Shown here one piece after another: positions 1-11,690 of a stretch of 64,000 bases of DNA (the first letter of the stretch is position 1; each line of letters opens with the position of its first letter). The position numbers and the translations under genes were made by a program. Location: positions 46,748,001-46,812,000 of the forward strand of contig CM052838.1 in assembly GCA_028534125.1 (NCBI GenBank), given 5' to 3'. The stretch is from Lama glama (lineage: Eukaryota). A model generated the notes under the pieces. That model did not search any database and was not told the DNA's origin. It saw only the letters and a list, made by a program, of their open reading frames with translations.

Positions 1-1010
1 GCCCTCTGGCAAATTGTGTCTGTTTTATAGAGAGGGCAACACAGCCTCCGCAATGCTCTAGGGCCGGTGGATCACCCAGAGCCACAAAAGCAGGGTTATC
101 TTAATTGACTCTTGTACATCAGGAGGCCCAGGAGCTCCCATCTCCGCAAGGACATACAATGTCCTGAGCAGGCGGAGGGAGGGGAGCCCAGCTGGCCTAG
201 TCACTGTAGGCACAGGGAGCCTGTTCTTAGGAAAGGCTATCCACTCCCAGGAACGATGAGAAGGAAGGGGCTGCGTCCCAGCACCTTTAGCTTCTTATTC
301 TTGATTCTGGGGTGTGGGAGTGCCCCCCAGCTGCTCTTAGGTCATAGTCATCTCAGCCCTGCACGCCCTGTCCTGACAGGCCACGGGCTGGGGTCAGCTC
401 TCTGAGTCCTGGCCTCCCCCTAGCCTCCCAGCCCTCTGCCCCTTAGATGGCTTTTTTATGCCGACTGGTGCCTGCTTTGCCATGTGGCTGGCAGAGCATT
501 GGATTCTAGACCTGGCCACTGACCAGTTGTGTGGCTCCGGCCAGGTCGTAGCCTCTCAGCCTCAGCTGTCACCTCTGTAAAATGACTTGGGGGTGGGGAG
601 CAGACTTTCTGTATGACTCTAGGGAGTTCTTTGGTGACGGCTGCAGTGGGGTGGTGGTGGTGGGACAGCACAGGGGGTCGGGATGCCAGGCTGGCGCTGT
701 TTGAACCTGCTTTGCAGTGGGCCTTTGGGAAGTCATGGTTCTACTCTGGGTGTCTAATCCCTAGTCACTGAGCTTGTGGACCCCTTCTGTGGGAGTTGGG
801 TGAGGTGGGGCTGGTGGTAGCCCCATCCAGTCAAGGTTCCCATCTGAGAGGCAGGAAAAGTCCTTAAGTGCAGGGGCTGCGTGGCCTGAGGGTCAGGGAG
901 AGGAAGCCATCCATCTCATTGTCTCTGTTAGTGTAGGGGGGTAGCTGCTGCCTCCTTTGTGAACTTGGGTCACCGTGATTGTGAATAAAGGTGATTTCGT
1001 ACCAGCCTGA
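1..1010 (+). other. Probable 3'UTR end of the convergent neighbouring gene (NEURL1 by human synteny), AATAAA at 984-989
   Basis: Plus-strand AATAAA followed by a GT-rich stretch (gggctgtgctgtgcagcgtg). In human NEURL1 ends tail-to-tail a short distance from SH3PXD2A. No coding sequence here to confirm identity. Confidence 0.55.
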
Positions 1011-2083
1011 GGGCTGTGCTGTGCAGCGTGGAGGGCTAGGGAGGGCTGGTGGGTGGGAGGGTGTGTGTCTGGTGGAGACTCAGTTGTTCTGGATATGGAG
1101 GGGAGTCAACAATCAGAAGACTCCCCGGAGTGAGAGAGGGGGCAGTGGCTGGAGCTTGACCTGGGGCTTAGGCAGCAGGGGCTGGAATGCCAGGTGAACC
1201 TTGCAAGCTGAAAGGGAGCAGCCACTGCCCTTTGGTGGTGGTGTCCCCAGGTCTGTGAGGAGCAGGGGTGGTCCATGAGGCCTGCTCCTGTGACCTTTGT
1301 GGAGGGGCAGCGCCACCTAGGGACTGAAGAGAGGATGGCAGGTCCTCCACTCGGGTCAGCAGAGGCTGTCCATCCCGTACATAAGCCCAGACCCCTGCCT
1401 CTGTCTGGGAACTCAGCTGTGCTCCCACTGGTGGGTGCAGAGGCTTATCCCAGATGGGTGGCACAGCAAGGGAGGCCTGTGGCAGGGACCTTTGGAGAAA
1501 CTTTCTAAATGTGCTGAGTACATCTAGGGGGCTACAGAAGCTGGGAGTGGTGGAGGGGGTCCGGGTACAACATGGGAATTGAGCTCATTTGGCAGGATGG
1601 CCCTCAGAGGCACATGGGATGCCTTCCTTGTTGCCCTCTCTCCTGGGAGCATGCTCTAGCTGCCCAGCCTCTGCCTGGCCTTGAACGGCCATGGGCTACT
1701 CCCCATACCAGGACTGCCCAGCCCTTCCCTGCTTACTGGAGTCTAGCAAAAGTAGGGGAGGGGCTGGGGCTCCAAGCTGAGGGACCATGTAGACCGCTGG
1801 ATGTGGGTCTTTGGCCCCAAGATCTGCATCTCTCTCTCAAAGCCTTGGCCACTGCCCAGAAAGCCTTGCAAAGGTGGAGAAGGTGGAGGAGCTTGAGCAC
1901 GCTTCTCACCAGCTGCGGGAACTTACCTGCTTCCCCCCACCCCTCCAGTGTCTGCAGAGGGCCCTGGATCCTGCAGTTCACGCTGCACTTGAGATAATGT
2001 GGCTTTTGCCATTCAGCTGGATGAATTTTCTGGTGGCAGGGAGAATCAGGAGATGACTCTGTTCAGTTAAAAAGGCCAGAAAC

Positions 2084-2089
2084 TTTATT
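2084..2089 (-). terminator. Distal polyadenylation signal AATAAA of SH3PXD2A
   Basis: Plus-strand TTTATT at 2084-2089, preceded on the mRNA by a U-rich tract (tttgttttgtattttgtttatgtttac). Confidence 0.75.
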
Positions 2090-5000
2090 TAGTTTTCAGG
2101 GAAATACAAGATGCTTGTAAACATAAACAAAATACAAAACAAAACAACCCAAATTTTACAGTCTGGAAGCATGCCAAGACAGAGTATTTTCTGCAGACCA
2201 AAGAGTCCCGTCAAAATCATAAAGGACACCTGGAAAGTGGCAGGTCAAGGGGCTGGGTCCCTTCCCCAAGGACACTGCATTTTTTTGTGATGAGAACAAT
2301 TAAAAAAAAACACTATTAAAAATACTAAAAACATGGAGTCAGTTTAGCACCACCATTGATCCTGGAAATTTTTTAGCACATTTTCAAATTGCACTGAATT
2401 CAATGTCCTTTTCTTCAGTTTCTCTGCTGAGCGGGGACGAGGGAACACCTCCTTTGGACCCCACAGACTAGGCGCTGGGAGGGGTTGAGTGGACACAGTG
2501 CGGAACGCCCCAGACATCCAGCAGTTCACGTGCACCATGCAGTCCACAAACCCACGCTTCATGAACCTTCCACTCACATCTGCTTTGCTTAGAAGTCACC
2601 TTCCTGCAGACCTCCCATAACTGGCAGTGAAACCCCTTTCCTATCCTGTGTCCTGGATCTAAAAACCTGTTGCAGAGAACAAGTTACAGATTCAAGAATG
2701 GTGGCTCTGGTTTACCCTTCTTTTTCTGAAACACTAAAAGCAGTATACCTTGGTCACAGGCCACTAAAAATGGTGAGTGTGCATTGCACCCCATCTTCTA
2801 AGTCACACTAGTGAGGCAGGGCTCAGCAAACTGAACAACCACAGGCATCATCAGAGATACTCAAGAATAACTGGTGTGAACAGAAGAGCAAATGAGGTTT
2901 CTTTCCTCCCAGATACACCTGATGGTGTCTGGACCCCGAGGATCCGGGGGTGGGTGGTGGGTCCCTCCTGCATGATTCATTACGGTCACTGGTCTCTGAT
3001 TCAAGCACTTCAAGAGACTAGCTCTGATTGGACAAAGGCAGGTGGGCAAAACCAGCCTGGAAACTGGGAGATGGATGACTGTTCTAGAGCCAGGGCCTCC
3101 AAACTCAAAGATTGGTTTGTTACCGGCAACTTCCCTCTCCACTGAGTAAATCAATGACCATTAAGAACCTCTCAGGGACCCAACCTGTGGCCCAACAAGT
3201 AATTGTTTCCTCAGGCCAGCTTATTCTACAGCCAAATCTCGGGGCTTTTCCAACCTGCTCTGGTGGGACCCTTGGATGTTGAATCACTAAATTCCCTTGC
3301 TACCTGCTGTCTTCTTCCTGAAACATTCAGAATTGACTTCTTCCTCCTTTCTAATAAAGACACAATTCCAGACTCCAAGCCCTCTGTCAACCTTCTCACA
3401 CTTTTCCCTTTCTGCCTAGAAGACATCCTCTTCCGGAAGCCACTTCCCAGGGAAGGGAAGCCCCAGCCACCCCAAACACGCATGCACCCATCTCACCGAC
3501 GTGCCTCTCACTCACTTCCAACATGCTCGATCCATACTTTTGCTTTAAAACAACAATTCTTCCTTCCTTCCTTTCTCTCACTCTCTTGCCTCCTGAGATC
3601 CAGCCCATTAGCCAGGGTAGAAATGGGAGCAAAGGAGGGAACTTCATCTCAGGGACTCATTCTCTAAGGCCACTAAGTTCTGGGATGGGAGAAGGGGCTG
3701 ATTGTCTGGGTGAAGTACAAACTCAAGATTAAAAAGATAGGGTCGGGGAAAGGGGATTGCAGGGTAAAACCAACTTTATAGGCAGGTTGGGATCAAGCCC
3801 TTGGAAGGCAGAGTCCTGCACTCAGTCTGTAAGCACCAAAGTGCCCAACTTCTGGCCTGGGGACCCAGGTACATGGGACAAAACAGGAGGGATGCTAGTA
3901 TCAGTGGATTTGTTCTTCCTGAAATGAAGCTATGTCTCTGACCCTGTTCTGTCACTGCTCTGATCAAAGAGCTCGACAACCACAGAGCCCACCCCAGACA
4001 GGGATTGTGATTTAGGTAAAAAACTCAGTAATGTCAAGGGGGAGCCCTGCACACGATTCCTGTGACGAGTTCAGTCGGGGCCTGCAGTCTAGACCAGAAG
4101 AGGTGATGGTGCACAGGCAGGTCTGCTGAGCTCCCCATGACCAAGTTCCCACCCTGACCCGCCTGACCCGCCCTCAGACACACAAGAACTGAGGGCCAGC
4201 AGCTCCTGTGCCACGGGGATCCCCGCAGTGGTGACACGCACGGCAGAGGCTGGGAGGTAGCCTGCTAGACACACGTGTGTGGGCAGGTGACCCAGTGTAA
4301 CCACCTCAGCACGTCCACACCCAGCGGCATTGCTTCCACATCTTCATTTTGGAACCTGGGACGATGGCCTGGGCTGCTTCTGCTAGATCTGTTAATGCCA
4401 GTGTGAAGTTTCCAACTAAATACTTAATAAAATAATAACAACAACAAAAAAAAGACACATTGCACTCTCCAGCCAGAATTACGCGTGTGAATAACACATA
4501 CAATTGCTGCCAGAAGCTGAGTCCCGTGGGGCCTGCCCAATGCCAAGGACTTGTTCAATGGAGACAGCTTGCCCAGTATTTTTTTCTCTAACCCCATGTT
4601 ATTTAGTCCAAGTGGGAAATTACCAACACTCGCACGTGCGCACACGTGTGCACAAGCACAACACACACTTCAACAACACACAGCCCTCAAAAAAGTGAGG
4701 GAATCTTAATTCTTTAGCAATGTGGATGATTCTCTTTCCACAGAGCTCTGCAATAAGGTTCTCAAAGATTTGGACACATAGATGTATACACTCCAAGGAG
4801 AGACACCCACACACACAGGGGCACAGTCCCGCTCTGGGCACGCAGATTCGTATTTGTACAGAAATTCACCAAATGGGTTGGAGCAGCAAGCGTACAGTAC
4901 TGGAGGTGGAGGGGACAAGCCAGTAAGGATGTCCCTGTTGCCCTGACGGGCAGAGCTCCAACGGCTTGGACCCAGAGACTTCCCATCCTGTTGCTCTCTC

Positions 5001-7508
5001 TACCGGTACCCAGTTAAGAGGTGGTGGTTTGGTACCTGTTGTGGGCAGCTCTGTCTGCAGGGACCTCAGCGGGCTCCTCTGATGCTTCTCTGAGACCTTG
5101 TGAGGACTGTCGGGGTGTTGAGCAGACACAGGGCTCACACCTCAGGCTGAAGTCATTGAGATGAACGGGTGGCCCCGGCTCAGCGCCAGGCCCAGCTGCA
5201 GGCTTGTGGGAACTGCTGTGTCACTGGGGATGTCAGGCTCGAGGCACCCACATCCCCCCAAAAAGGATTTGGTTATATCTAGGGTTCCTGCCCATAAACT
5301 GCACTTGAGGTTATATAGTTTTAAGAAAACTCAAACATACACCAGAAAGATCATGACCCAAACATCAGGAGGCTGGGGTGAGAGAGGGCTGCTGAGGGTG
5401 ATTTTCAGGACAGGTCTTTCTGAGCAGCTGGCTGAAAAACAACAGAAATGAAAACACGGAATGGTTCCTGGAGATCCTTGCTCTGTGCCGAGGGCTGGGG
5501 CTCTGGAAGGCCAAGCGCCCCATGCCGCTTCCCTGAATCCCTTTCTTGTGGGTGGATGACACCCAGCAAAAGGGGCTGCCCTCTGGCAGGGACCTCTGCC
5601 ATCTTGCCAGAGAAGAGGGAGGGGGAGGGAGGAGTAAAACATCAATACCCAGGTCACCTGTCGGCTCCACAGCTCTGACTCCTCCAAGCAGCCCCACCTC
5701 CCCTGGCGACAGACCAGGCCTCCCGCCACTGTCCCAGCAAGCCCTGGCATCCCTCTGATAATATTGCACTTTTCCTGTCTCTCAGATTGTTTTCATTTTC
5801 GATTGAGAATGCAAAGTATTTGGGGGGGAGTGAGTAACCTTAAAGAAACAATATATTAGTTAAATACAAAAACAGGAAAAGTAGGGATTACTTTATCTTC
5901 TTTTTTTCCTTAAAAACAAAACAAACTACCAAACCAAGGTCTAAACTTAAATAGTTCTACACCTACTCTGCAAATACTAGTAATATGAAAATAATGCTTG
6001 ACTGAAATTCCCTTGTCTTTTTTCCTTAGATGATAAAAGTAGTAACATGCCTTGCTGAGGAAAGCAACGGATATAAACGCCAGTAAAATACGCTGCTCTA
6101 ACATCTGAAAGTGATTAAAACGATTCTATATAATGCCTTCGTCAAGATGGAGAATGGAGGAGGAAGACAGAGGAGCCTGTGGGGCCAGGCTGGGGGTAGA
6201 TGCAGCCAAGGGCTGGTGAAGAGGGTCTGGCCACAGCTGGGGCAGATGGCACACCCACTGTTCAGCTTGTCCCTTCTGGCTCCCTCTTGCTGCCTCCAGG
6301 GTCCCTTGGCCTAGTGGGAACAGTATGGTGGGGCCAGGGAGCCCAGCCAGGCCCCTGTTAACAAGTGGGAGAGAGATGAAGACATTTTTTTCCCCTTGTA
6401 ATAAAAGAAAAAAGTCTTTAAACTGAAAGAAAAAGCACCAAATGATGCATCTTCGGGCATTATATAAACTTCAATAATGACCTCAGAAGGGCTCATTATG
6501 ATTAAAGTTGCAGTATACAGCAATACAATGTCATTTCACATTTTCAATCGCAACTAATGGAAAACTAAGTTTGGACACTGCTGAGATTTCATTTTTCTTT
6601 TTCCTTTTTTAGTCCAATCTGGTTTTCCTCCAGGTGGGTCAGAGCCACAGGCCCCTCCCTCCTCCACCTGCTGCCAGCAGTACCCTCCAACATCACAAAG
6701 CAGCTCAGTAGCTCTAGGGAAAAGCCTTCTTGCCCTGGGCACGGCTAGGAGTCCAGGGGCACAAGGCCTGGCATCCCCTGGCCATGTTTGAGAGGGACTG
6801 GCATGCACCCTTCTTGCTTCAAGTATTAATATTCTCTTTGGGTTTGCAGGGTTTGTGCTGTGCTGTGAATTAGGGGGTGATGGGAAGGGCGAGGGGCGAA
6901 GACGGGGCACGGCAATCCCTGTTCATTGCCCAAATCTACACGCTGTCACCAGGTGGCAGCATTCCCCACTTTTCCTGGATGCCTGAGCAACTCCCAGCCA
7001 TCCTTGGGCTGGTTGTCTCAATGTAAACATGATGACCACACAATAAACTCTAATGGGGGGGGGGGTGGGAGAGTGGGGAGGAGTGCAGGGAGGGAGGCAG
7101 GGGGAAGTCTGCCATTAACTAGCTATGTGATTTGGGGGAAGCTAATTCCTGTCTTTGGGCTGCAGTAACAGGAGGGGATGGGATGGAGTGACCTTGGAGA
7201 GACGGTCCTTGGAGGCGGGTGGGGAGCTGGGAGAACACAGGCCTCATGGGTGGTAGAGAGCCCCACGGGGCGGTACAGACACTGAGGAAAGGCAGGGAAA
7301 GACAGGCCCTGGGGAGCACTGTGGTCCAGTCCGACTGAGATGCTCTGTGCTTGGCAGATGCGTCCTGCACTCCTTCCTGGCCTGGCTGGCGTGTTACTGT
7401 TTGAACTGGCTCAGTGCAGACATTGAGGAGTGAGGCCGCTGGGGCCCTCCCCCTGGAAGATAGCTACGTGGAAGGTCCTTTAACCTGACAGTCACTCTAC
7501 TTTTAAAT

Positions 7509-7514
7509 TTTATT
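7509..7514 (-). terminator. Candidate proximal polyadenylation signal AATAAA
   Basis: Plus TTTATT at 7509-7514 inside an AT-rich block; ATTAAA variant at 7538-7543. Confidence 0.4.
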
Positions 7515-9560
7515 TTAAATAATCATAAATTATTTTTTTTAATAAATAATGTGCTGCTTAAAAATGAGAAAAGTATATACTGCATCTTTAAGTAATGCAC
7601 TTTGCTCTGGGTTTCTTTCCACTCCACCTTATTAAAGTGCATTAATTAAAAAATAATGAACCACTTCTTTATCATTATTGTTCAAATAAGTCCAAATAAT
7701 ATTACTATGAAGACGCTACACCACTACCATTAGTACTGCAATCTAGCAGATTAACTCAACATCCTGCTCTATTTAATACTGTCCAGCAGAAGAAAAGAAC
7801 TAATTTCAACTTTAAACAAACTCACAAACAAAACAAAAGGAAGCAAAATCTCACCACGGCCCTTCCAACAAAGAACAGGAGCAGTTTGCTGAGCTGCCAG
7901 GCATCAGTACTGCGAGGGAGGAGGGATGAGGGCGCAAGATGGTCCCGTACTGCTCTTCAGGCAACAGACACTGCCTGGGTGGGGAGCAGGGGTGGAGGAA
8001 GGTCCCTTCGTCCTCAGTCCAGGATCTGGCAGCTGAATCAGCGGCTGTGAAGCCGGATCTGTCTGCAATCAAAGGCACGTGTGGAAATCCACTCCCAGCG
8101 AAGGGTGAGTCCTTGGGGAGGCCGCTTTGGCCTCTTGAAACATCAGCGATTGAAAGACACCACCCAGAGTTGATGGGGACTTTATTCTCTCCCTTCTCTC
8201 TTCACAGGGGCACTGCCCCTCGAGAAGACCAGGTCGGCTCCTGGCCCAGGGATCTTTGTCTTCTCAGGTGCCTGCAGCATCACTTGCAGGCCAGGGGGTG
8301 GCTGGTGGTATCTGCCCAGTGGGGTCCCTCGGCCCAGGGTCGGGGTGACAGCTGCTTCTCCACAGGCCACGCGTATTCGGGTCCTGCCCAGGCAAGAGAA
8401 CGAATGCTGCCCCTCTCCTGAACACCACGCCCCTCCCCGGGGAGGGCTTTACCCTAATGAGGTTGGGCAAGGACCAGGAGAGCAGTGTTTCCACTTTGCC
8501 ACGCCTGGGACCAGGGCTTCTCCAGCCTGAAATCCCTCCGGCAAGTGCCAAGATCTGGTACTGTCTACACAGTGGAAACCAAATGAAGCGACTTTGGATT
8601 GTGGAGAGGGAAAACACAAAACAAACCAATCTCTCCACAAGAGTACGACAGAAAGGCCATCCACCACCCATCCCATCCCATGAGGCTGACCGCCCTTGGG
8701 CCCCCAAACCACCCCTAAAATAAGACCAAAACCCTAGGCCCGACAGAGAAGCCCCAAAGCAATACACCTCTCCCGAAACATGCAAAGGAACTGCCCACCC
8801 AGAAATACCTAAAATAAAGTCTGTGCAGACTATGAAAAGACCGACGGCTCTGCCCACCCCCTCTGTAAACCCCGGGGGGTGGTGGTCCTCCACCAGGCTG
8901 TCCCAGGCAGGGCGGCTGGCTTCCCAAGGCCAGCTGCAGTGATGGCTAAGAAAGGCGGTCCTTGCTGGCACCGGGGAAACTGCCTTTTCTTCAGTTGGCC
9001 CTGGGACAGCCTGAGCTCACAGGGGATGCGTCTGAGCCCCAGGGCCAGTGGTGTCTCTGACCACACCCACCCGTGGCAGGTGGCAGTAATCCCTGGGAAA
9101 CTAGCGTAATTCACGAACACAGATTAGGATGATACAAGTGCTACCTCCGGGGGCAACATGCCAGCAGCTGAAACCAGGCTAAGCAGAAGCAGGGCACAGG
9201 AGGCCCCCACAACCACATATTTTCCAGATTTGCAGCCAAGGCACAAAATAGGGTTTCCCACACGGCCTGTCCCAAATGGCGCCAAGTCCGTCAGCAAAGC
9301 CCCCAAGGTGCACATGTGGGGCTCAGCTTTCTTGCCTCTGGTCCCAGGCTTCCCCTGCCCATTCCCCTCCCTGCTCATTGTGGGCACCCCTCCCTGCCCC
9401 AGACCCTTTCAGCTGGGGGACAGCCTGGAGGGGTGCATCTTTGAGGTCACACATTCTACAGGTTTAATGTTGTCCTCCCCCACCCCCTCCCATTTTCCCT
9501 TTCCCTTTGTCTTATCTCGCAGCTCACCCACACTAAGGCTGGAAGGACCCACGGCCCCCA

Positions 9561-11534
9561 TTAGTTCTTCTTCTCTAGGTAGTTGGAGGGCACCCAGCCT
9601 TTGAAGGGCTTCACCCCATCCAGGATCTGGCAGTACCACCAGCCATTGGGGTTCCTCTCCAGGACCTCCATGGACACGCCCTCCTGAAAGCCCGCTGTCT
9701 CCTCATCCCCCTCGTAGTCTGCGATCGAGACGTACACATCTTTGAGGTTGTTGTGGATGAACTGGGACTTCTCAATGGGCTTGGGGCGCACGGGGGACAC
9801 GGGGATGCCATTGCGCTGGGTGGGCAGGATAGGGGTGTCTGAGCCCTGGCTGGCGGCCCGTTCGGCCAGGCGGCCCTTGGCCTCTGCAGCTGCTGAGCGG
9901 GCAGTGCTGAAGGAGGAGTTCCGGCGGACGCCTCGCAGGCTGTCGGTGGCTGTCAGCGACTCGTTCCTCCGTAGGGCACAGGACAGGTTGCTGTCCTTGG
10001 GTGGTGGGGACACAAACACCGACTGGGGCCTCACTGCCACCTGCCGCACACCATTCCTCATCTTCACCGCCCCGGCACCCGAGGTCTTGACAAAGCCCCC
10101 AGGAGGCTTGGAGGGGATGGGTGGTGTGGCCCTCTTATTTTGGTTGACGGTGTTCAGCGCTTGGACCCGCTTCTCGATCTTTTCCAGGCTGTCTGACTTG
10201 CCCTCATTCTGCTTGCTCCTGGCAGTTACTGTATCCAGCTCTTTGCCTGGGGGGTCGGGTTGCTCGTTTTCGCCAAGCACCAAGTAGTGGGAGGGGGCCC
10301 AGCCCTCCAGCTCTCCAAACCTCACATACCACCAGCCGCTTTCCAGCTTCTCAAGCACCTGCACCTCCACGCCTGCGGGGAAGCTGATCTCTGAGTCCTG
10401 GACCTTCTGGTAGGCACTACATGTCGTGTAGGAGGTGGCCTGCCCTTCCTGCCCCTTCTTGGTGGAACACGACGGGGTGGCAGCCGGGAGGGTGATGAGG
10501 TCGGCCGAGCCTCTCCTGGACCCCTCACTGGGGCCCTCGAAGGCTGTCTGGGGGGGCAGTTCCGAATCTTCGCTCTTGGAGCCCTTGAGGCCACCCCGGA
10601 GCTGACCCGTGGGCCTCAGCTGGCGCCGTAAAGTGCTGATATCCATCTTCTCTTGACTCTGGGACTCTGCGCGGTTCAGGAAGGGCTTGGGCCGAACTGA
10701 TGGCTTGGCCCGGGCACAGGAGGTCAGCCCAGCCTTCAGGTCAGTGTCCTTCTTCACCCCAACCTTAGGAGTGCCGCGGATTCCCGCATCTGAGGCAGAA
10801 CGGGGCTTCAGGTCCCCACTGTTCTTGGACAAGGATGAGGAGGAAGAGGAGGAGGAGGAGGAACAGGTGGTGTTGATGGTGATGGATGAAGAAAAGGAGG
10901 CTGAGGAGTGGTTCTTCCCCAATTCTGCCTGGGCATTCTTCTCTGCTTTGAGCTTTAGGAGTGATGACGATTTGGGGGAGCCTGATTTGGGGGAGTTTTT
11001 CCTGGCAAGGGACAGCGGGGAGCCGCCTGGAGAGTCACTGTCACGGGAGGAGCGTCTGGCTGACAGGGCATCCTCTGCACACGGCCGGAAGCCCTCGTTC
11101 TCATAGATGGTCTCTTCCTCCAGGGCCACGTCCTCAGCAGACCCACCCACCTTGAAGTGGGCACGCTGCAACGAGGAGGCGGGCGAGGGCCTGTGGGGCT
11201 GGGCTGGCCGCCTGTCCCCCGAGCCACCATCTTCTGCAGGCTCCTCGCTCAGCTCTGGCTCTGAGTCAAAGCCAAAGGCAGGGATGTCATACTCAGGCTC
11301 CTCGTACTTGAACCTCAGTGGAGACTCCTGGCTCTCGCCAGCGCCCACTGGACCCTCCTCGGCCTCCTTGGGCTTGCTGGGTGGCGCCGGCGGGGGCACC
11401 TTGGGCCGTGTTAGGGTGCTCGTGCGGCGGCTCAGGTTGGGCTTCTTGCGCTTATCAATGTACGACGCCGGGGCCCAGCCCTCCTTCTCACCGATCTGCA
11501 CATACCACCAGCCACCTGAGTTCTTGTCGATGAC
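9561..11534 (-). CDS. SH3PXD2A: SH3PXD2A (Tks5) terminal coding exon: end of SH3#3, Pro/Ser-rich linkers, SH3#4, SH3#5, stop
   Basis: Acceptor ccctag|GTC ATC GAC AAG (VIDKNSGGWWYVQIGEKEGWAPASY) at 11534; 1974 nt = 658 codons ending ...GWVPSNYLEKKN-TAA at 9561. Recognised Tks5 C-terminus incl. EPEYDIP and ETIYENE tyrosine motifs; matches ORF 9561..11501. Confidence 0.98.
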   Translation of the reverse strand, partial: VIDKNSGGWWYVQIGEKEGWAPASYIDKRKKPNLSRRTSTLTRPKVPPPAPPSKPKEAEEGPVGAGESQESPLRFKYEEPEYDIPAFGFDSEPELSEEPAEDGGSGDRRPAQPHRPSPASSLQRAHFKVGGSAEDVALEEETIYENEGFRPCAEDALSARRSSRDSDSPGGSPLSLARKNSPKSGSPKSSSLLKLKAEKNAQAELGKNHSSASFSSSITINTTCSSSSSSSSSSLSKNSGDLKPRSASDAGIRGTPKVGVKKDTDLKAGLTSCARAKPSVRPKPFLNRAESQSQEKMDISTLRRQLRPTGQLRGGLKGSKSEDSELPPQTAFEGPSEGSRRGSADLITLPAATPSCSTKKGQEGQATSYTTCSAYQKVQDSEISFPAGVEVQVLEKLESGWWYVRFGELEGWAPSHYLVLGENEQPDPPGKELDTVTARSKQNEGKSDSLEKIEKRVQALNTVNQNKRATPPIPSKPPGGFVKTSGAGAVKMRNGVRQVAVRPQSVFVSPPPKDSNLSCALRRNESLTATDSLRGVRRNSSFSTARSAAAEAKGRLAERAASQGSDTPILPTQRNGIPVSPVRPKPIEKSQFIHNNLKDVYVSIADYEGDEETAGFQEGVSMEVLERNPNGWWYCQILDGVKPFKGWVPSNYLEKKN
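10832..10862 (-). repeat. Coding (TCC)n repeat encoding poly-Ser in Tks5 linker
   Basis: Plus aggatgaggaggaagaggaggaggaggagga; peptide TTCSSSSSSSSSSLSK. Confidence 0.85.
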
Positions 11535-11577
11535 CTAGGGAGAAGGGGCGGACAGGCCAGTGAGCTGGGAGGATCGC

Positions 11578-11690
11578 TGTGGCCCTAAGATGTGCTAGGC
11601 TAGGAGCTTCATACTTTGGCTCTAGGAGACATTATCTCCATTTCACAGATGAGCAAACTGAGCTGGGACCTAAATTAGTAAGTGATGGGT
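11578..11690 (-). mobile_element. MIR fragment
   Basis: cattatctccatttcacagatgagcaaactgag core. Confidence 0.7.

Larger units (their letters stand above)
2065..9560 (-). other. SH3PXD2A: SH3PXD2A long 3'UTR (~7.5 kb)
   Basis: Runs from the stop codon to the AATAAA at 2084-2089. No interspersed repeats seen, and it has U-rich blocks (2090-2410, 4400-4500, 5750-6130, 6390-6610, 7500-7850) typical of a conserved UTR. The human gene is known to have a similarly long UTR. End approximate. Confidence 0.8.

Noticed and set aside
8264-8971. 235-aa minus-strand ORF downstream of the stop codon
   Set aside because: Lies in the 3'UTR, non-ATG start, no recognisable homology; chance ORF in GC-rich sequence.
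9742-11538. Plus-strand ORFs 9742..10287, 10687..11106 and 11107..11538 tiling the terminal exon
   Set aside because: Antisense shadows of a GC3-rich coding exon; no recognisable protein or independent splice/promoter evidence.
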